DNA of 64,000 nt from Felis catus. Lineage: Eukaryota. This document shows positions 1 through 13,678 of this stretch, in pieces. Below the pieces are notes generated by a model. It was given only the letters and a program-made list of their open reading frames with translations, had not been told where the DNA came from and did no database searches. Position numbers and translations under genes: made by a program. Within the stretch, counting starts at the first letter, position 1, and each line of letters opens with the position of its first letter. Location: positions 122,948,001-123,012,000 of the forward strand of contig NC_058368.1 in the NCBI RefSeq assembly GCF_018350175.1. Direction: 5' to 3'.

Positions 1-213
1 ATATTAAAAGAACCCTCCTGTGAACTCCATACACCTATGGCCAACCATCTTGTGAATGCCTTCCTGCATAGCAGGTGGACACATTGGCCTTTGCTCACCC
101 TGTTCCACTAGCAGTGTCTTCCTTCCTCTAACTCTTCAACCTTCATAATGTATCCATCACTTCCTTTGGGGAGTCTTCAATGATACCAGGATTAGCATTA
201 GAAGTGAGGTTCC

Positions 214-813
214 CTGGTGCAGCCACTCTGGAAAATAGTATGGAGGTTCCTCAAAAAAATTTTTAAAAAACTACCCTACGACCCAGCAATCGCACTACAA
301 GGCATTTATCCAAGGGATACAGGTATGCTGTTTCAAAGGGGCATATGCACCCCAATGTTTATAGCAGCACTATAAACAATAGCCAAAGTATGGAAAGAGC
401 CCATATATCCATCGATGGATGAATGGATAAAGAAGAGGTGAGTATTACTCGGCAATGGAGTATTACTCGGCAATCAAAAAGAATCAAATCTTGCCATTTG
501 CAACTACGTGGATGGAGCTAGAGGGTATTATGCTAAGCAAAATTAGTCAGAGAAAGACATATATATGAGGACTTTAAGACACAGAACAGATGAACACAAG
601 GGAAGGGAAGCAAAAATAATATACAAATAGGGAGGGGGACAAAATATGAGAGACTCTTAAATGTGGAGAAAAGAGGGTTACTGGAGGGGTTGTGGGAGTG
701 GGGATGGGCTAAATGGGTAAGGGACATTAAGGAATCTACTTCTGAAATCATTGTTGCACTATATGCTAACTAACTTGGATGTAAATTTAAAAATTAAATT
801 AAATTTTAAAAAA
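214..813 (+). mobile_element. 5'-truncated carnivore L1 (ORF2 end + 3'UTR)
   Basis: ggtgcagccactctggaaaa...gacccagcaatcgcacta...gatgaatggataaagaag...A-rich tail. TSD aagt(g/a)aggttcc at ~202-213 and ~812-823. Confidence 0.9.
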
Positions 814-3000
814 GTAAGGTTCCTGTGGTTCCCTGTCAGGTCTTTACTGCTGGCAAGTAGTTTCTTTGTCTTTCTTCCCTATTTGATTGTAAGCACTCTG
901 AAGTCAGGGATATACTGTTCATTCATTAATGTATTGCTACATTAATCTAGCAAATATCTATTGCTAGCTGTTCCTGTGTGCTGTTCAAAAACTAGGGATA
1001 TAGCTGTGAATAAGACAACATGAGCAGTCTCTTCATGGAGTTTATAGTCTAAAAGGAAAGAGAAACTACAAAATAAAATATAATTAAATTATAGGGAGGG
1101 CTACAATAGAGAACCATCTGAAGCTCTGATAGCTCATAAAGAGAGGATATAATGTAGCTTAGGAGCCCAAGGAAGGTATCACTGGAGGGATAATGGGGTG
1201 GGGTAAGGTAGGGGCAGGTGGTTTCAGACAAAGGGAAGGAAATGTACACAGGTGCTGAGATGTGCAAGAACATGCGTGTTACTCACTTTTTACTCAGTCC
1301 TGGCTTCCCGCACAGTACCTGTGCACATTACACACACTCAGATGTTTGCTGAAAGCATCTACCTCCTTCCCCATCACCACTCACACACATAAGCACAAAA
1401 CTTCTTTCCTCCGTGTTTTTTTTTTTTTAATTTATTTGAAGATTTAGAGTCTGTCAATAGCTAAGGAGCCGACAGGTTGCATGGGATGAGAAGGAATGAA
1501 GGGAGGCCAAAAGGTTAACTGTTCTTACAGTAGAAAAAGAGGTGTCATGCTAACAGTGGCCACTGCTCCATTATTTATTAAGTAAGATTTACATGGTAAC
1601 ACAAACCTTTGCTCTGATATTGAAACGTGAAACAGTTTTTCCCTTTCAGGTCCTGGGCAGCTGTATATTACCCCATGGCCGACAGCACATGGGCTTAGGT
1701 TACCAGCAAATGAGGGACACCAAAGAAAAATGTTCCATTTCAGTGAACTTTTACAGAATTTTGCAATCAGAAAATCTACAAGTCAGTGTGTTTGATTTCA
1801 GAATATATGCAAGTTCTATTTTAATTTTAGTACAGTTTTTGCTTTTAGTTGTCTATTGGAGGCACCATAATTTTCGTAATTCTTACGGCGCTTAGTAACT
1901 CAAAACATCTTACTACGTACAGCTCTAGGTGTAGAGAACATGAGCCACATAACACAATAAGCACATGCATCCCAGAGTGAACGTCATGATGGAGCTTAGA
2001 GTCTAATGGGTGGGGCAGCCAAAGAATGAGAAAACAAACCACAAAAATAATAGCAAATTTTCACAAGTGCTATGAAGCAATGAACCACTGAGAGGAAGAT
2101 AGGAATGGGGGTGGGGAAAGTGGGAATGACTCACTATGGAGGCGGCATTTAAACTGAGAAGTGAGGTATGGGTTATGGCAGTCATGTGGGAGCTGAGAAA
2201 AGAGAGGTTCACATGGAAGGATGAGCTCCGAGGAGAAAGAAACCCAGGAATAAGAAATACTGCTGAAGGTCAGTATAGCTGGAAATGGTGAGCATGGCAG
2301 AAAGTAGCAAGAGAAGTTGGGAAGGTGGACAGGAACCAAATTACACAGCACCGTGTAGTAAAGGTAGTGAAGACCACTGAAGAGTTTAAATTTGGTTTAA
2401 AGCATTGTAGGGAAGGACCTCATAGTGGGCAAAAGTGGATGCCATTAGGGTGCTACAGACATCTAGGCTGCAAGTGATATTGGTTACATGAGGATGGTAG
2501 CAGTGGATATGAGAAGATTGGACTATTTTGAAAGAATACATTTTAAGGTGACACTGAGGACTTGCTGGTAGACTCACATTTTACTTAATATTGATACCCA
2601 GCACAGTATCTGGGGCTGAGGGACAGAGAGGTACCACGACCACTGCTGAGTAGACAGCCAACTCTTCCATTTCAAATGTCACACTGGCAAGGTTTAGTTT
2701 TTACCTTCTGTAGGAAGGAAAGGCCTCAGGGCTCTGACTCTGGCAAAGTGTGGGGAAACGTGAAGGGGTTTCAAAGTGCCCCATTTTCAGGGGCCTTTCC
2801 TCCCTCCCTTCCCAGGCCTAGTGCTCTGGAGAATTAGGCATTCACAACTGACTGGCACGATGGGCAAGTCACCAATGAGCTCACGGTGATGGAAGCAACT
2901 TGGCTGACAAAGGTAAATGAGGCCTGTAAGAATACCATGATTTTGATTCAGAAAATCCCAAGTCTGGACAAGTGGATTGCCATCAAGAAATGGCCTTCCT

Positions 3001-3270
3001 TGGTGGCTTAACCAGCTAAAGCATCTGACTCTTTATTTCCGCTGGGGTCACAATCCCAGGGTTGTGAGTTTGAGCCCCATGTCGGGCTCTTCACTGAGCG
3101 TGGAGCCCGCTTAAGATTCTCTCTCTCTCTCTCTCTCGCTCTCTCTCGCTCTCTCTCGCTCTCTCTTGCTCTCTCGCTCTCGCTCTTTCTCTCTCCACCA
3201 CCCCCCGCGCTCCCCCACTTGAGCGTGCTCTCTCTCTTTCTAAATAAAAAAAGAAAAGAGAAGAAATGAA
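3001..3270 (+). mobile_element. CAN-SINE, 5'-truncated, expanded (CT/CGCT)n tract
   Basis: tRNA-like head, CT tract, A tail. Perfect 16-bp TSD aagaaatggccttcct at 2985-3000 and 3271-3286. Confidence 0.9.
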
Positions 3271-6011
3271 AAGAAATGGCCTTCCTCTGCTCTGAGCCTC
3301 CTAAATATCTAAACCATATTCTCTCCCACAACTACTTTGGCTTCTTCCTGGGTTACAACCCCAAGTCCCTCTAACTGTGAGACCCTGTAACCATATCTTC
3401 TCTAGGCCTCAATGTCCTCATCTATGAAGCAAGGGTAGAAATTGCCTTTGCCTACTAAATGGACATCTAAATGAATTATGTTTAACCTTAGTACACTCCT
3501 GGCATGTAGACAGGTCTCAGTGACTTCTAGCTCTTCTGTTATAGTATGCCCACTCCCACATATGAACCTTTCTTATGAAAACCTACAGACCCAATTTCCT
3601 TACAGATTCTAAATTTAAAAAAACAAATGTCCCCCCCACCTCAAGTGCCCCAAATTATTTTTTAGATACCTCAAATGACTGAGTGCTTATTTTCCTCTGA
3701 TAGGTATCCCAGGTGCAGAGGGACTGAAAGGAGAAAAGGGCTGTTTACAAGCGGAGCTTACAAACTGCACGGTCTGTCTCATATTTATGAGCCAACTTTC
3801 TTTAAATATTTACATCCTGTATTTACATTTTATTACTATTCGATTTGTTTCCTACAGTTGATCTGAAGTGTGAAATTGGGAGCCTGGAGCTTGCTAACAC
3901 TTCCATGTTAGAAAAATGCACAGTGAAGGAATTTGAGTTCTGTGACTTCCCCCCACTCCCACACCAAGGACAAAAAAACCTTATGAGGAGATCTTCGAGA
4001 TGTCTGTGTCTGCCCAATGCCTCCTGAGGCACTCTTGCTTAACATGCCCCTACCTCCAGCCATGGGTACAAGCTAAGGGGCCTTTCAAGCTGAGGAGCCA
4101 GAGACTCCCACTGTGGACAAAATGGGTTTGATTCTGAGTGGGGATGATGCAGGGAAGACAAAGTCACACCCAGAAGTGGGGAGCTCAATTTCAGCAAAGC
4201 AACTTTCTTCCTTTTAACTCTTCTAAGCCTCTTTTCTTTTATCTTAATTCTGAATTCCTTCACTTTTCTCAGCATCCTTTTCTCCTTATAATAAATTTCT
4301 CAGTCCTTAACAAAACCCCAAACCATCTCTCAAATAAATCTAAAACGCTGAACTCTTGTTGAAATATAACTTTCAATATGATAAAATTGGGACCCTCAGG
4401 CAAATGCAGAATATACACATCAATGATTTTATTTTAATTAACTAATTAATCAGAGGGCCTGTAAGATGTGAAAACTGGCCCAAAGAGCATTGGAAAAGCT
4501 AGATACTTATAGGTGAAATACAAAAGAGAGGACAAGAGAGGTTACACAGTCTTATTTGAACTTCAAGCCTTGAGATATAAATTTATGCACAGGATTAATC
4601 TTTATGACCCTGAATAAACTATGCTTCTGGGGGATCTTTTGTAGGTCATACTAGCCAGCCCTTGTACCACCTGAATCAACAGATGAAATGAATATTAATC
4701 TTTTCTGTTGTTCCTGGGAGAGACCTCACACAGGATGTTCAGGGCACAGTGGTCTGATACTGAAGTCAAAGAAATGGAATTTCATACCCTTTCCCCTAAC
4801 CCTTCTTGGTCTTGCCAGATTATTTTTTAACCTATCGACTGGATCCCAACATGCCAAGGACAACAAAACCTCTTAAGGAAATCTTCGAGATGTCTTGTGT
4901 CTGCTCACTGCTTCCTCCTGGCAAAGTTAAATTTGGGGGTTCTCATTTCATACAATGTCTTCATCTCTCACATATTCCTCCCATTTTACAACTATATTTA
5001 TGGCAGAGAGATAAGTAACTAAAAGTACAGGATAAAAAAAGGAGAATGGATGAAAGCAATGTTTGCAGGTGGAACGTGGCACTGGGCCTTACATCAGTCT
5101 GGATGCAGTCACACTGGGGGACAGTGTGGGGTGGGGGAGGTGTCAGCTCTTCCGTGTTCTGCGTGGAAACTGAAAGATCCATCCTACTCAACACTTCCAC
5201 ACACTGGGGCCCAAGCAGTCTTGCTTTGCCAACTCTTCTAAAAAGAAGGCAGGGAGAATTGTTCTATCCTCACTAAAAGAGCTTTACATGGAGAGAAAAC
5301 AGCTTTCTCCTTCCCTAAAAAGGGCATAAGGTAGAGACGTGAGTGAATTCCCCTCTCTGAAAGGGACTGCTAAGCCTGTCTGCCTGCCAAGGATCGAGGG
5401 CATCGGCAGGGAGGGTGAACTGGTCCACCATTGCACCACAGAGGAGATGAGGACTTGTGCAGAGAGCGGTGGGGAACACAGAGGACCACATGTTACAAGC
5501 ATCCAGAAGCAGCACGGTCTGTATGCTTAGTGACACCGATGAAAGACCTGGTCGTGAGAAACAAAGACCAGAGCTGCAGCACTGATTCTTGAGCTCATAT
5601 AATAATCCTCTCGGAGACTTACAGAGAAATACTGAAAGAGCAGATGTGGAGGGCTTAGGCAGTATATTTGGCGGGAATGCCTTTCAGTGTGAGTAGGTCA
5701 GGGCTTATTCATTCACCCAGGCAACTGAGAGTTCAGGATATCTTGATTATACAACATGTAGGTATTTTAAGGTTTCATCTCCAATCCCTCCTATCTTCCT
5801 TGCAGTCACATAAAATGAGACTGAGCTACAGACATGCAGAGCAGAAACCATGTACATGCCCATCATTTGTCTGATTTTTTATGTGTCCTTGCCTCCACAT
5901 TATAGTGCATTAGGACAGGGGTAGAAAAATATAGACTTTTACTCATAGAAGTTGCTCATGCCCAAACCATCTATTCATTTCACTGTTTGTCTTTATAAGA
6001 AAAGAACTTTT

Positions 6012-6232
6012 GGGGTGCCTGGGTGGCTCAGTCGGTTGAGCATCCAACTTTGGCTCAGGTCATGATCTCACAGTTCGTGAGTTCAAGCCCCGTGTAAGGC
6101 TCTGTGCTGACAGCTCAGAGCCTGGAGCCTGCTTCAGATTCTGTGTCCCCCTCTCTCTCTGCCCCACCCCTGCTTGTGCTCTCTCTCTGTCTTTCAAAAA
6201 TGAATAAACATAAAAAATTTTTAATTAAAAAA
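6012..6232 (+). mobile_element. CAN-SINE (feliform type)
   Basis: ggggtgcctgggtggctcagtcggtt...agcctggagcctgcttcagattctgtg...A tail. Confidence 0.92.
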
Positions 6233-7743
6233 AAGAATTTCTTGAGGGCACAGCAAGAAGAGAATTTATGCTTTGTGAGTTCCCCTTGATTTGTCGAATG
6301 TTGTCTGGTGGAGACCTTCACAGCCCAGAGTCACAATGAGAAATCAAGCCTAGAAAAAGGACTTCATGCCTCTCCTTGTGTTCAATTTAACTGTAAATTC
6401 TGTGGACCTCACTTCTCTAGTGACCCTTCAAATGGAAGCTCCTCTTAGAAAGCCTAACACAATGTGTCCACAGTTCCCTACAGAGTAATGATAGCTGCTT
6501 CCGGGCAATGCAGACAGTCAATGGATTTTACACCTCAGAGGTCCCTTTGGGGGTCACTTACATCACCCCAGCTCAAAAGCAGACTTAGATTTTACATTAA
6601 TATTATGAATAATGGGGCCAAACCCTTTTCCTGAGTTTTGAATGCTTTCAATATGAAAGCAGAGTACCAGTGGTAGAATTCAAGACTGTACTATTGTTAG
6701 AACATCCTCATATCTTGTGAAAGGGCTTATGTGTAAGAATGCCATGAAGAGTGAATTTAACATTCCCTTTCAGGCTACTGTACTGTCCGGAATGAGGCTT
6801 TGAAAGTCATCATATAAAGAGAAAATTAACACTGAGTGAGAAAAAATGTCCTTTCTGTATCTCCAAACAGCTCAATGTTCCAACCCTTCTTTATTTTATC
6901 TATAGTCACTGAGTAACTGAAGACCCAGACAGGAGGAACAGATCACATTGCTTCAGTATTATTTTGCCTAGATTCCCAGTAAGCTGTAATCTGCTGTAAA
7001 TACAAGAGCAAAAGGAGATGTGGCATACTGAGCTTCAGGGAAATTCCTTGGTAACTCTTACATTTGTCTAGCCTTCATAATTGAGAGTAGATCTTTATTC
7101 TTTCTTTTGACACAGTGGAATGGCTAATGACTATGTGGTTTTAATACCTAATTACTGGGATTAGAACACCCACTGTGAATCAGAAAGGATGAGGCTCCTA
7201 ATATTTTCTCCGCTTTTCCTACCACTTTTATTTTGGCCCTACGACATAATAGTATGAGAATGTCAAAAAGGAAGAGCAAAATGTTTTATGTCATGAAATG
7301 TCCTAATTTCGCAGAATTTTCTGGAAAATGACCCAGGTCTGACTTTATGTAAATATCTGTATGGATATATTATAGACCAAGTATAGGTTTGTTTCATATA
7401 TCTTCCCTGAAAGGGAAGCCTTCATGTCCCAGACCTCAGTATGGCATATCACACCAGAAAGAATATTTTATGCCTAGTCTACATTAGACTAAGTCAAAGG
7501 CCTGGCCATTTATAGGTCATGATGACAATCATTTCTATTTCTTGAACTAAAGGTTGGAATGAGTATTAAATTTAGTTTCTGAGCCTTGGTTCCTCAGATC
7601 AACCTGGGTAAGTCTCTATAATCAGGATTTTAGAAGCAAATGGTATGAGACCAAGAATAAAAAGCTTCATACTTTGGCTACAAATATCTCCTGGGCTCCC
7701 CAAATTTCTTTAATCTAAGTTTCAGTTGACATATCACCAAACA

Positions 7744-7907
7744 GGAGTGACTAGGTGGCTCAGTCATTTAAGCATCTAACTCTTGATTTTGGCTCAGGTC
7801 ATGATCTCACAGTTCGTGAGATTGAGCCCAGGTTGGGCTCAAGCTCAGAGTGAAGCCTGCTTGGGATTCTCTCTCTTTCCCTCTCTCTCTCAAAATAAAT
7901 AAATAAG
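7744..7907 (+). mobile_element. CAN-SINE followed by AT-rich tract
   Basis: ggtggctcagtc...ggctcaggtcatgatctcacagttcgtgag...ctctctctcaaaataaataaa. Confidence 0.85.
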
Positions 7908-8701
7908 CATTAAATATATCATATGATATATATGAATATATATATGAACATATCTATATATAATCTAATAATTGTTCGCTTCATTCAGTGTCCTCAATCC
8001 TTTTCCATTCCTTCTTCCATTCTGCACCTTATTCTCAGGTCAGAAAGATTCATGTATAAAATGGAGGATGAGAAGATGAATGGTTGAGATTCCAAGTACA
8101 ATTCCAAGCACAATCCCAAGTACATGATATGGCAATTTCTTAGTCCAGAGCTTGGAGACCAAACTTCAAGAGGAGCCCTGATATTGTTTCTCTCCTTTTC
8201 TTTCAAGACACATCCGAGTGATGAGTCACCAACATTCCTAGTGTCCTCGCAGTGAGGGTATTTTCCCTCCATCTTTACCTCTCAATAGAGAGTAGAGAAT
8301 AGGGACTCCAAGACTGTTATCAAGATCCATGCAAAATCCTCAGTCTTTGTAGTTGTGCATGGAAGCTGCAGTTGGAAACCAGAACTGGACCTTTCCCTCC
8401 CCAGTGAAAAACCTTCTTCAGTGAAACACATCTTGCTTCACTTCCTCTAGTCTTGGCTTGATTAGAAATTCATCAGTGGAACACTGAATTTCATCCTTCC
8501 CAGGACTATCTCCAGAACTTGTTCAGTCTAACCAGAAAGACCAGGATCTTTTCACTCAAGCTTTCTGGCAAGACCTCATATGAACTATGGGGCAGCTATG
8601 GATCTATCCTGTGTCCTGGTTTTCACACATACGCTCTGTGAGCAAATCTGCCATGGCAGAATCAAGTGGAACAGAACTTCATGCTAACTCTTTTATCCTA
8701 T

Positions 8702-8918
8702 TTTTCCTTTAATTTTTTAAAAATGTTTATTTATTTTTTAGAGAGAGACAGAGTGTGAGCGGGGGAGGGGCAGAGAGAGAGGGAGACACAGACTCTGACA
8801 GGCTCCAGCGTCCGAGCTGTCAGCACAGAGCCCAATGTAGGGCTCAAACCCTTGAACCAAGAGATCATTGTCTAAGCTGAAGTCGGACACTTAACCAACT
8901 GAGCAACCCAGGTGCCCC
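8702..8918 (-). mobile_element. CAN-SINE
   Basis: T-rich tail, GA tract, ends ...cccaggtgcccc. Confidence 0.9.
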
Positions 8919-9386
8919 AATCTCCTTTTAGATGTTCTATACTATGGCCAAGAATCTTAGCACTTAGCCCTGACGGCAGGCAAAGAGGAGTAATGCTTTA
9001 TGTCATTTACTCATCTCCCCAATATTCCTTTCTACTCTTGTCTTTGTTTTACTGTGTAGCCTTTAAAGCCAAAATGGGGGATTTTTTTTTCCACTGAGGT
9101 GCTCCTAAGGACTCCAGAATTAGTGGGAGTCTTAATAATCCAATATCAGGAAAAACCTTCCAGACAGGGCTTCATGAACCTCCTGTAATTTGTGCTCTGA
9201 TTTATGTTGGCCCTTCTTATGTCTCCCATATACAAGGGGGTAGGTAGACACAGATTACTGGGAAATACCTATCTTGTCTTGTACTGAAAGCTGGAGGCAC
9301 AACTTGAGTCACAGATGGTCACACTGAGGGGAGCCCTTTGGAGACATCTGACCCCCATGTTTACAGGTTAGGACACAGCATACATG

Positions 9387-9737
9387 TTTTTTAAAGATTT
9401 TACTTTTAGGTAATCTCTGCACCCAATGTGGGGCTTGAACTCACAACCCCAAGATAAAGAGTCACATGTTCCACCAAATGACCCAGCCAGGTGCCCCCAC
9501 AGTATATACACTTTTAAGTGGCATGGTGACCACTGCCACTTCCTAGATTTGTGTGAGTCTGGCCTTTATGACCAGAACAGACCATTAGAAACTGTCTTAT
9601 AAAATCAAGTTATTATAGGGGCACCTGGGTGGCTCGGTTGGTTAAGCATCCAACTCCTGATCTCAGCTCAGGTCTTGATCTCAGGGTCATGAGTTCAAGC
9701 CCCACATTGTCATGGAGACTACTTAAAAACAATAAAA
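9387..9737. mobile_element. Two short CAN-SINEs, head-to-head (9387-9497 minus; 9618-9737 plus)
   Basis: Short SINE forms lacking the CT tract; the second has TSD ataaaatca(a)g(t/a)ttatta. Confidence 0.8.
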
Positions 9738-9924
9738 TCAGATTATTACAAAAACAGCTTCTGTTGATGAAGTTGTGGTCAAATAGACACTCTCATAGAT
9801 TGCTTGTGTGAATACAAATTGGTAGTGAGATGAGGGGGGAAAGAGAGAGAGAGAGATACAGTAGCTCTGTCCACTGAGAGGGCCTAGCAGCAATGACACA
9901 CCGGTATCCAGATCATGGTTTCTA

Positions 9925-10995
9925 AATATCATGCTTCATTAAAAGAAAAGAAGCCAGGTATCCTTGAGGAAGTGGCTGATTCTCGGGCTGGAGCAGTCAA
10001 GTACAAGATGAGCCTGGAACATCTTGCCACATCAGAAAGTAATGAAGTACTCAAAGAATGATGGGACACTTCAAAAGTCAAAGGAGACAATTTGAAAGGT
10101 CTGCCATTAGCAAAATATGGGAAAGTTAGAGCATAAACAAGAATAATGGCAGTAAGAAAATATTATCCATAGAAAAAAACTGCAATGCATGAGTCCACAC
10201 TGTTATAAATAAATAAATAAAGTGGAATAAATGGGGAAAAGAGAAAGCTCTTTCTTACAGTAAAATGTCAACTAATAAATATAAAAGGAATGATCGATCC
10301 ATCATTTGGCAAATCATCATTTGGCAAACATCATAACAGTATGTTTAAGCATACCCAGTTCATGGACCCTAAAACTATAAGTGGAAGTTTGATGAGGAAG
10401 AGCAAATTTACAGTCTCAAACTATCTCCCCACAAGGTCCCTATTAATCCCAGAAGGAAAAATTGTAACTTTGCAGTGAAGAAGGCTAAGCTGATTCACAT
10501 CTCCTTAATCAAGTGATTACAGTTAAAAGCCCCAAGAGGAGAACAAATAGAAATCATGTGCCTCTTTAACATGATGCACTGAAAAGTATACAGCATCACT
10601 TCTGAAGGTATTTCTGCCCAAATGCAATCTATCTAACCCACGAGGACACAGCAGACAAACCCAAATTGAGAGACATTCCACGTAACAACTGACTTGCCCT
10701 CTTCAAAAATGTCAAGGTAATAGACAAACTAATAGAACTGAGAAAACCTTCTAGATTAAAGGAGACCAGAGACATAATTATTAAATGCTGTGGAATCTTG
10801 GAATGAATCCTGGAGAACCAAAACAAAATAAAGCAATTTGCCATAAAGAACATTAATGGAATAAGTGGAAATATCTGAATGAGGTATATAGATTAGAGAG
10901 AATTATATTAATGCTAATTTCCTGATTTTGATCATTGAAATCTTGTTATGAAGAAAATGGTTTTTATTTTTAGGAAATATGCACAGAAGTATTTA
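9925..10995 (+). mobile_element. Old L1 3' region (L1MC/L1ME-like)
   Basis: gatgagcctggaacatcttg...agacaaacccaaattgagagacattc...ttcaaaaatgtcaaggt. Same family text recurs at 59740-61070. Confidence 0.75.
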
Positions 10996-12515
10996 GGGGA
11001 AAGAACATGATGTCTGGAACTTATCTCTGTAAGTTTTCTCTTTTTCCTCCCCCTCTTGCTCCTCTGATTCTTTCTATCCTTCTCCTCTCCCCTCTCCATT
11101 CTCCTCCTCCCAGTGATGCTGGAGTGATGCTCACAGGAACCTCAAGCACACAGGATGCAAATGAAAAAGAACAAATCCCCTTCTCCTCCTACAGTCTGCT
11201 AGTCTTCTTTCAGCACCTCCAATTGGCAGAGTTGGCTGTTTGGTCAAGAAGCAATGGGGTTTGCATTGTCCCAGCTCTAAAATCACAAATCAAAGTACTG
11301 AAGGGTTAAGACAAGGTGTGACAGACAGTGCTTCCTTGTCTCCTAACCCTTCAGAGCTCAGGGAGGGGTCTTCATGACTTACACTTCACTGTAAGAGACT
11401 CAGCCTTAGAGGGGTAGCTTCATGTTGCTTCTTCAGTAGATAGAACTCTGATCCACGAGTGCTTAAAATTCCTAGTGTGATTTCTTAACAGGGGCACTTC
11501 CATCCCATAGGAAGTGAGCTATATGTTCAATTGACTCTTGTGGCGCAAAGTTGCTATAAAATTCTCAGCAAGTCTTTCACAGCACTAAGGTTAGGACTTT
11601 ATGTGAGAATCAAGTATTATAAGCCCCTTCTCCAGGGAAGACTGTTTAGAAATCATCTACCTCATTCCCCCAGATTTTATTAGATGTAAGATCCTTCCAT
11701 TGCATATTGAGTGTCTCTCCCTCACAATAGCATAACCAGATCTCTCTAAATTTGACCCTCAGGGCTGACATGTTTACTTATTTTTAATAGATTATACCTT
11801 CTAGAAGAACATCATCAATTTGCAGATCAGTGAACTGTGTGGTATGCTCTGCTTAATACCAAAGAATTGGGGGTGGTACAGTTTGGGAACAAATTCAGCA
11901 ATACAGAATTGGGAGAAATAAAGCTAATTCATATTGCATCTTCTGTTGTGCTCCCTAATTTCCCAAGGATTCTTTCCCCACTGTCTCAAGCCCTGAGATG
12001 TAGAGGAGACAGACAAGAAAGAACAGGATTCTGTGCTTCAGGTAATGTCCTTATTCCTTGAGACTCTTGTCTACTTTACAGTCATCCTTAATGGAAGAGA
12101 AATGCAGTCAGGAGACATCAGGGGCAAAGGAATGCTTCTTGCGACCTCCGCTAAGCCTGTCAGATCTTTCTAGCAGGAGTCTTCACGACCCAGTTCTTAG
12201 CATGAGAGCCAGTCTGCAAAGAATAGTTTAAGAAGTTATATATGTGCAGGTTTTCTGTTGCTCAATTCAAAGAAAGTAAATTATCCCCTCAGAGTCTGAC
12301 TCTCATACTCCATCATTGTGGTTGTCTTTTCCTGCCAGATTTTCATTCAGGTTTCTTTACTGTACAGTGAGTAGCCATGACAAGGCAGAGTCTCCGAAGT
12401 TAGACAGGGACACTTGAGATTATTTAATTCTACCCCTTCCTCCCAGATGGGCTAGATTTAACTCTCTAGAATGAACACAAAGTCTTTTCCCATGAAAACC
12501 TTGGAAATGTTTTAA

Positions 12516-12735
12516 AAATTTTTTTTTCAACGTTTTTTTATTTATTTTTGGGACAGAGAGAGACAGAGCATGAACGGGGGAGGGGCAGAGAGAGAGGGAG
12601 ACACAGAATCAGAAGCAGGCTCCAGGCTCTGAGCCATCAGCCCAGAGCCTGACGCGGGGCTCGAACTCACGGACCGCGAGATCGTGACCCGGGCTGAAGT
12701 CGGACGCTTAACCGACTGCGCCACCCAGGCGCCCC
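12516..12735 (-). mobile_element. Young CAN-SINE (SINEC_Fc-like), CpG-intact
   Basis: Many intact CpGs; TSD ggaaatgttttaa at 12503-12515 and 12736-12748. Confidence 0.95.
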
Positions 12736-13571
12736 GGAAATGTTTTAATAGAGTGATGGGAAGAGATGAACTGAATGTAGGAGAAATGAAGATTCATAGT
12801 CTTATACTAAACTATTCTGCATTCTCCCAGACTACTTCACTCTGGTTGAAGTGCTGCATCCTAGTGAACAATGAAGGACAAGAAAAGGATCATTTTCATA
12901 TCCCAGAGTTTCCTATGCTTTAGCTTCATGGAAAAGGTACATATATAGTCCTGAGAAGATACCAATAAAGGATGGTTTCATACAGCTTTTTCGTATTCCC
13001 CAACAGCTGTCTAAGAAGGGTATTTGTAGGCCAGGTTAAAAAAAAAATTCTGGAAGGAAGACTTTATCTTCTGTCACCCACAAATATATGAGCTCTCTAG
13101 GGACTCTGTTCTATTGTCCCTTCTAAGGGTCTTAACTCCTGGATAGTTCCTATAGGTCACAGCCTAGTGTGGGCAACAAATCAACTCAAGTAGAATCAGC
13201 AGGAATGTGGTTTTCTGTGTACCTCCAGTGCATACTCCCAATTCTCCCATGACTCTTAGTCTCAGCGTGGATGGAGTCATGGAGAAGTATAACAGAAGGC
13301 TGGGTTTTATTTCAGACCCTTTTACTCTGTTATTTCTGCCCTTCTTTTGTGGTAGGGATCTGATATAGGTTGGCCTAAGAGAAAAAGGAAAGGAAAAGCC
13401 TCATAAAACCAGTTAGGAGTTCCCCATCACCGTTGGGTGTTGTCTGTGAGACCCAAAGCCAATCTGAGAAACCAGGGCAGATGGAGGGACTTGAGTCCAA
13501 TGGGACGCTCATTTCTATGCCCCTCTCTACTAATGTTCCTGGTGTTCCTTCAAGGAATGATCTTCTAGTTC

Positions 13572-13678
13572 TTTATTTTTTGTTAAAAGAAGTCTCTAAG
13601 TCCACCATGGAGCTTGAACTCACAACCCCTAGATCAAGGGTCACACGTTCTACCAACTGAGCCAGCCAGGGACCCCCT
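13572..13678 (-). mobile_element. Short CAN-SINE
   Basis: ...gagcttgaactcacaacccctagatcaagggtcac...ctgagccagccagggaccccc. Confidence 0.75.
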
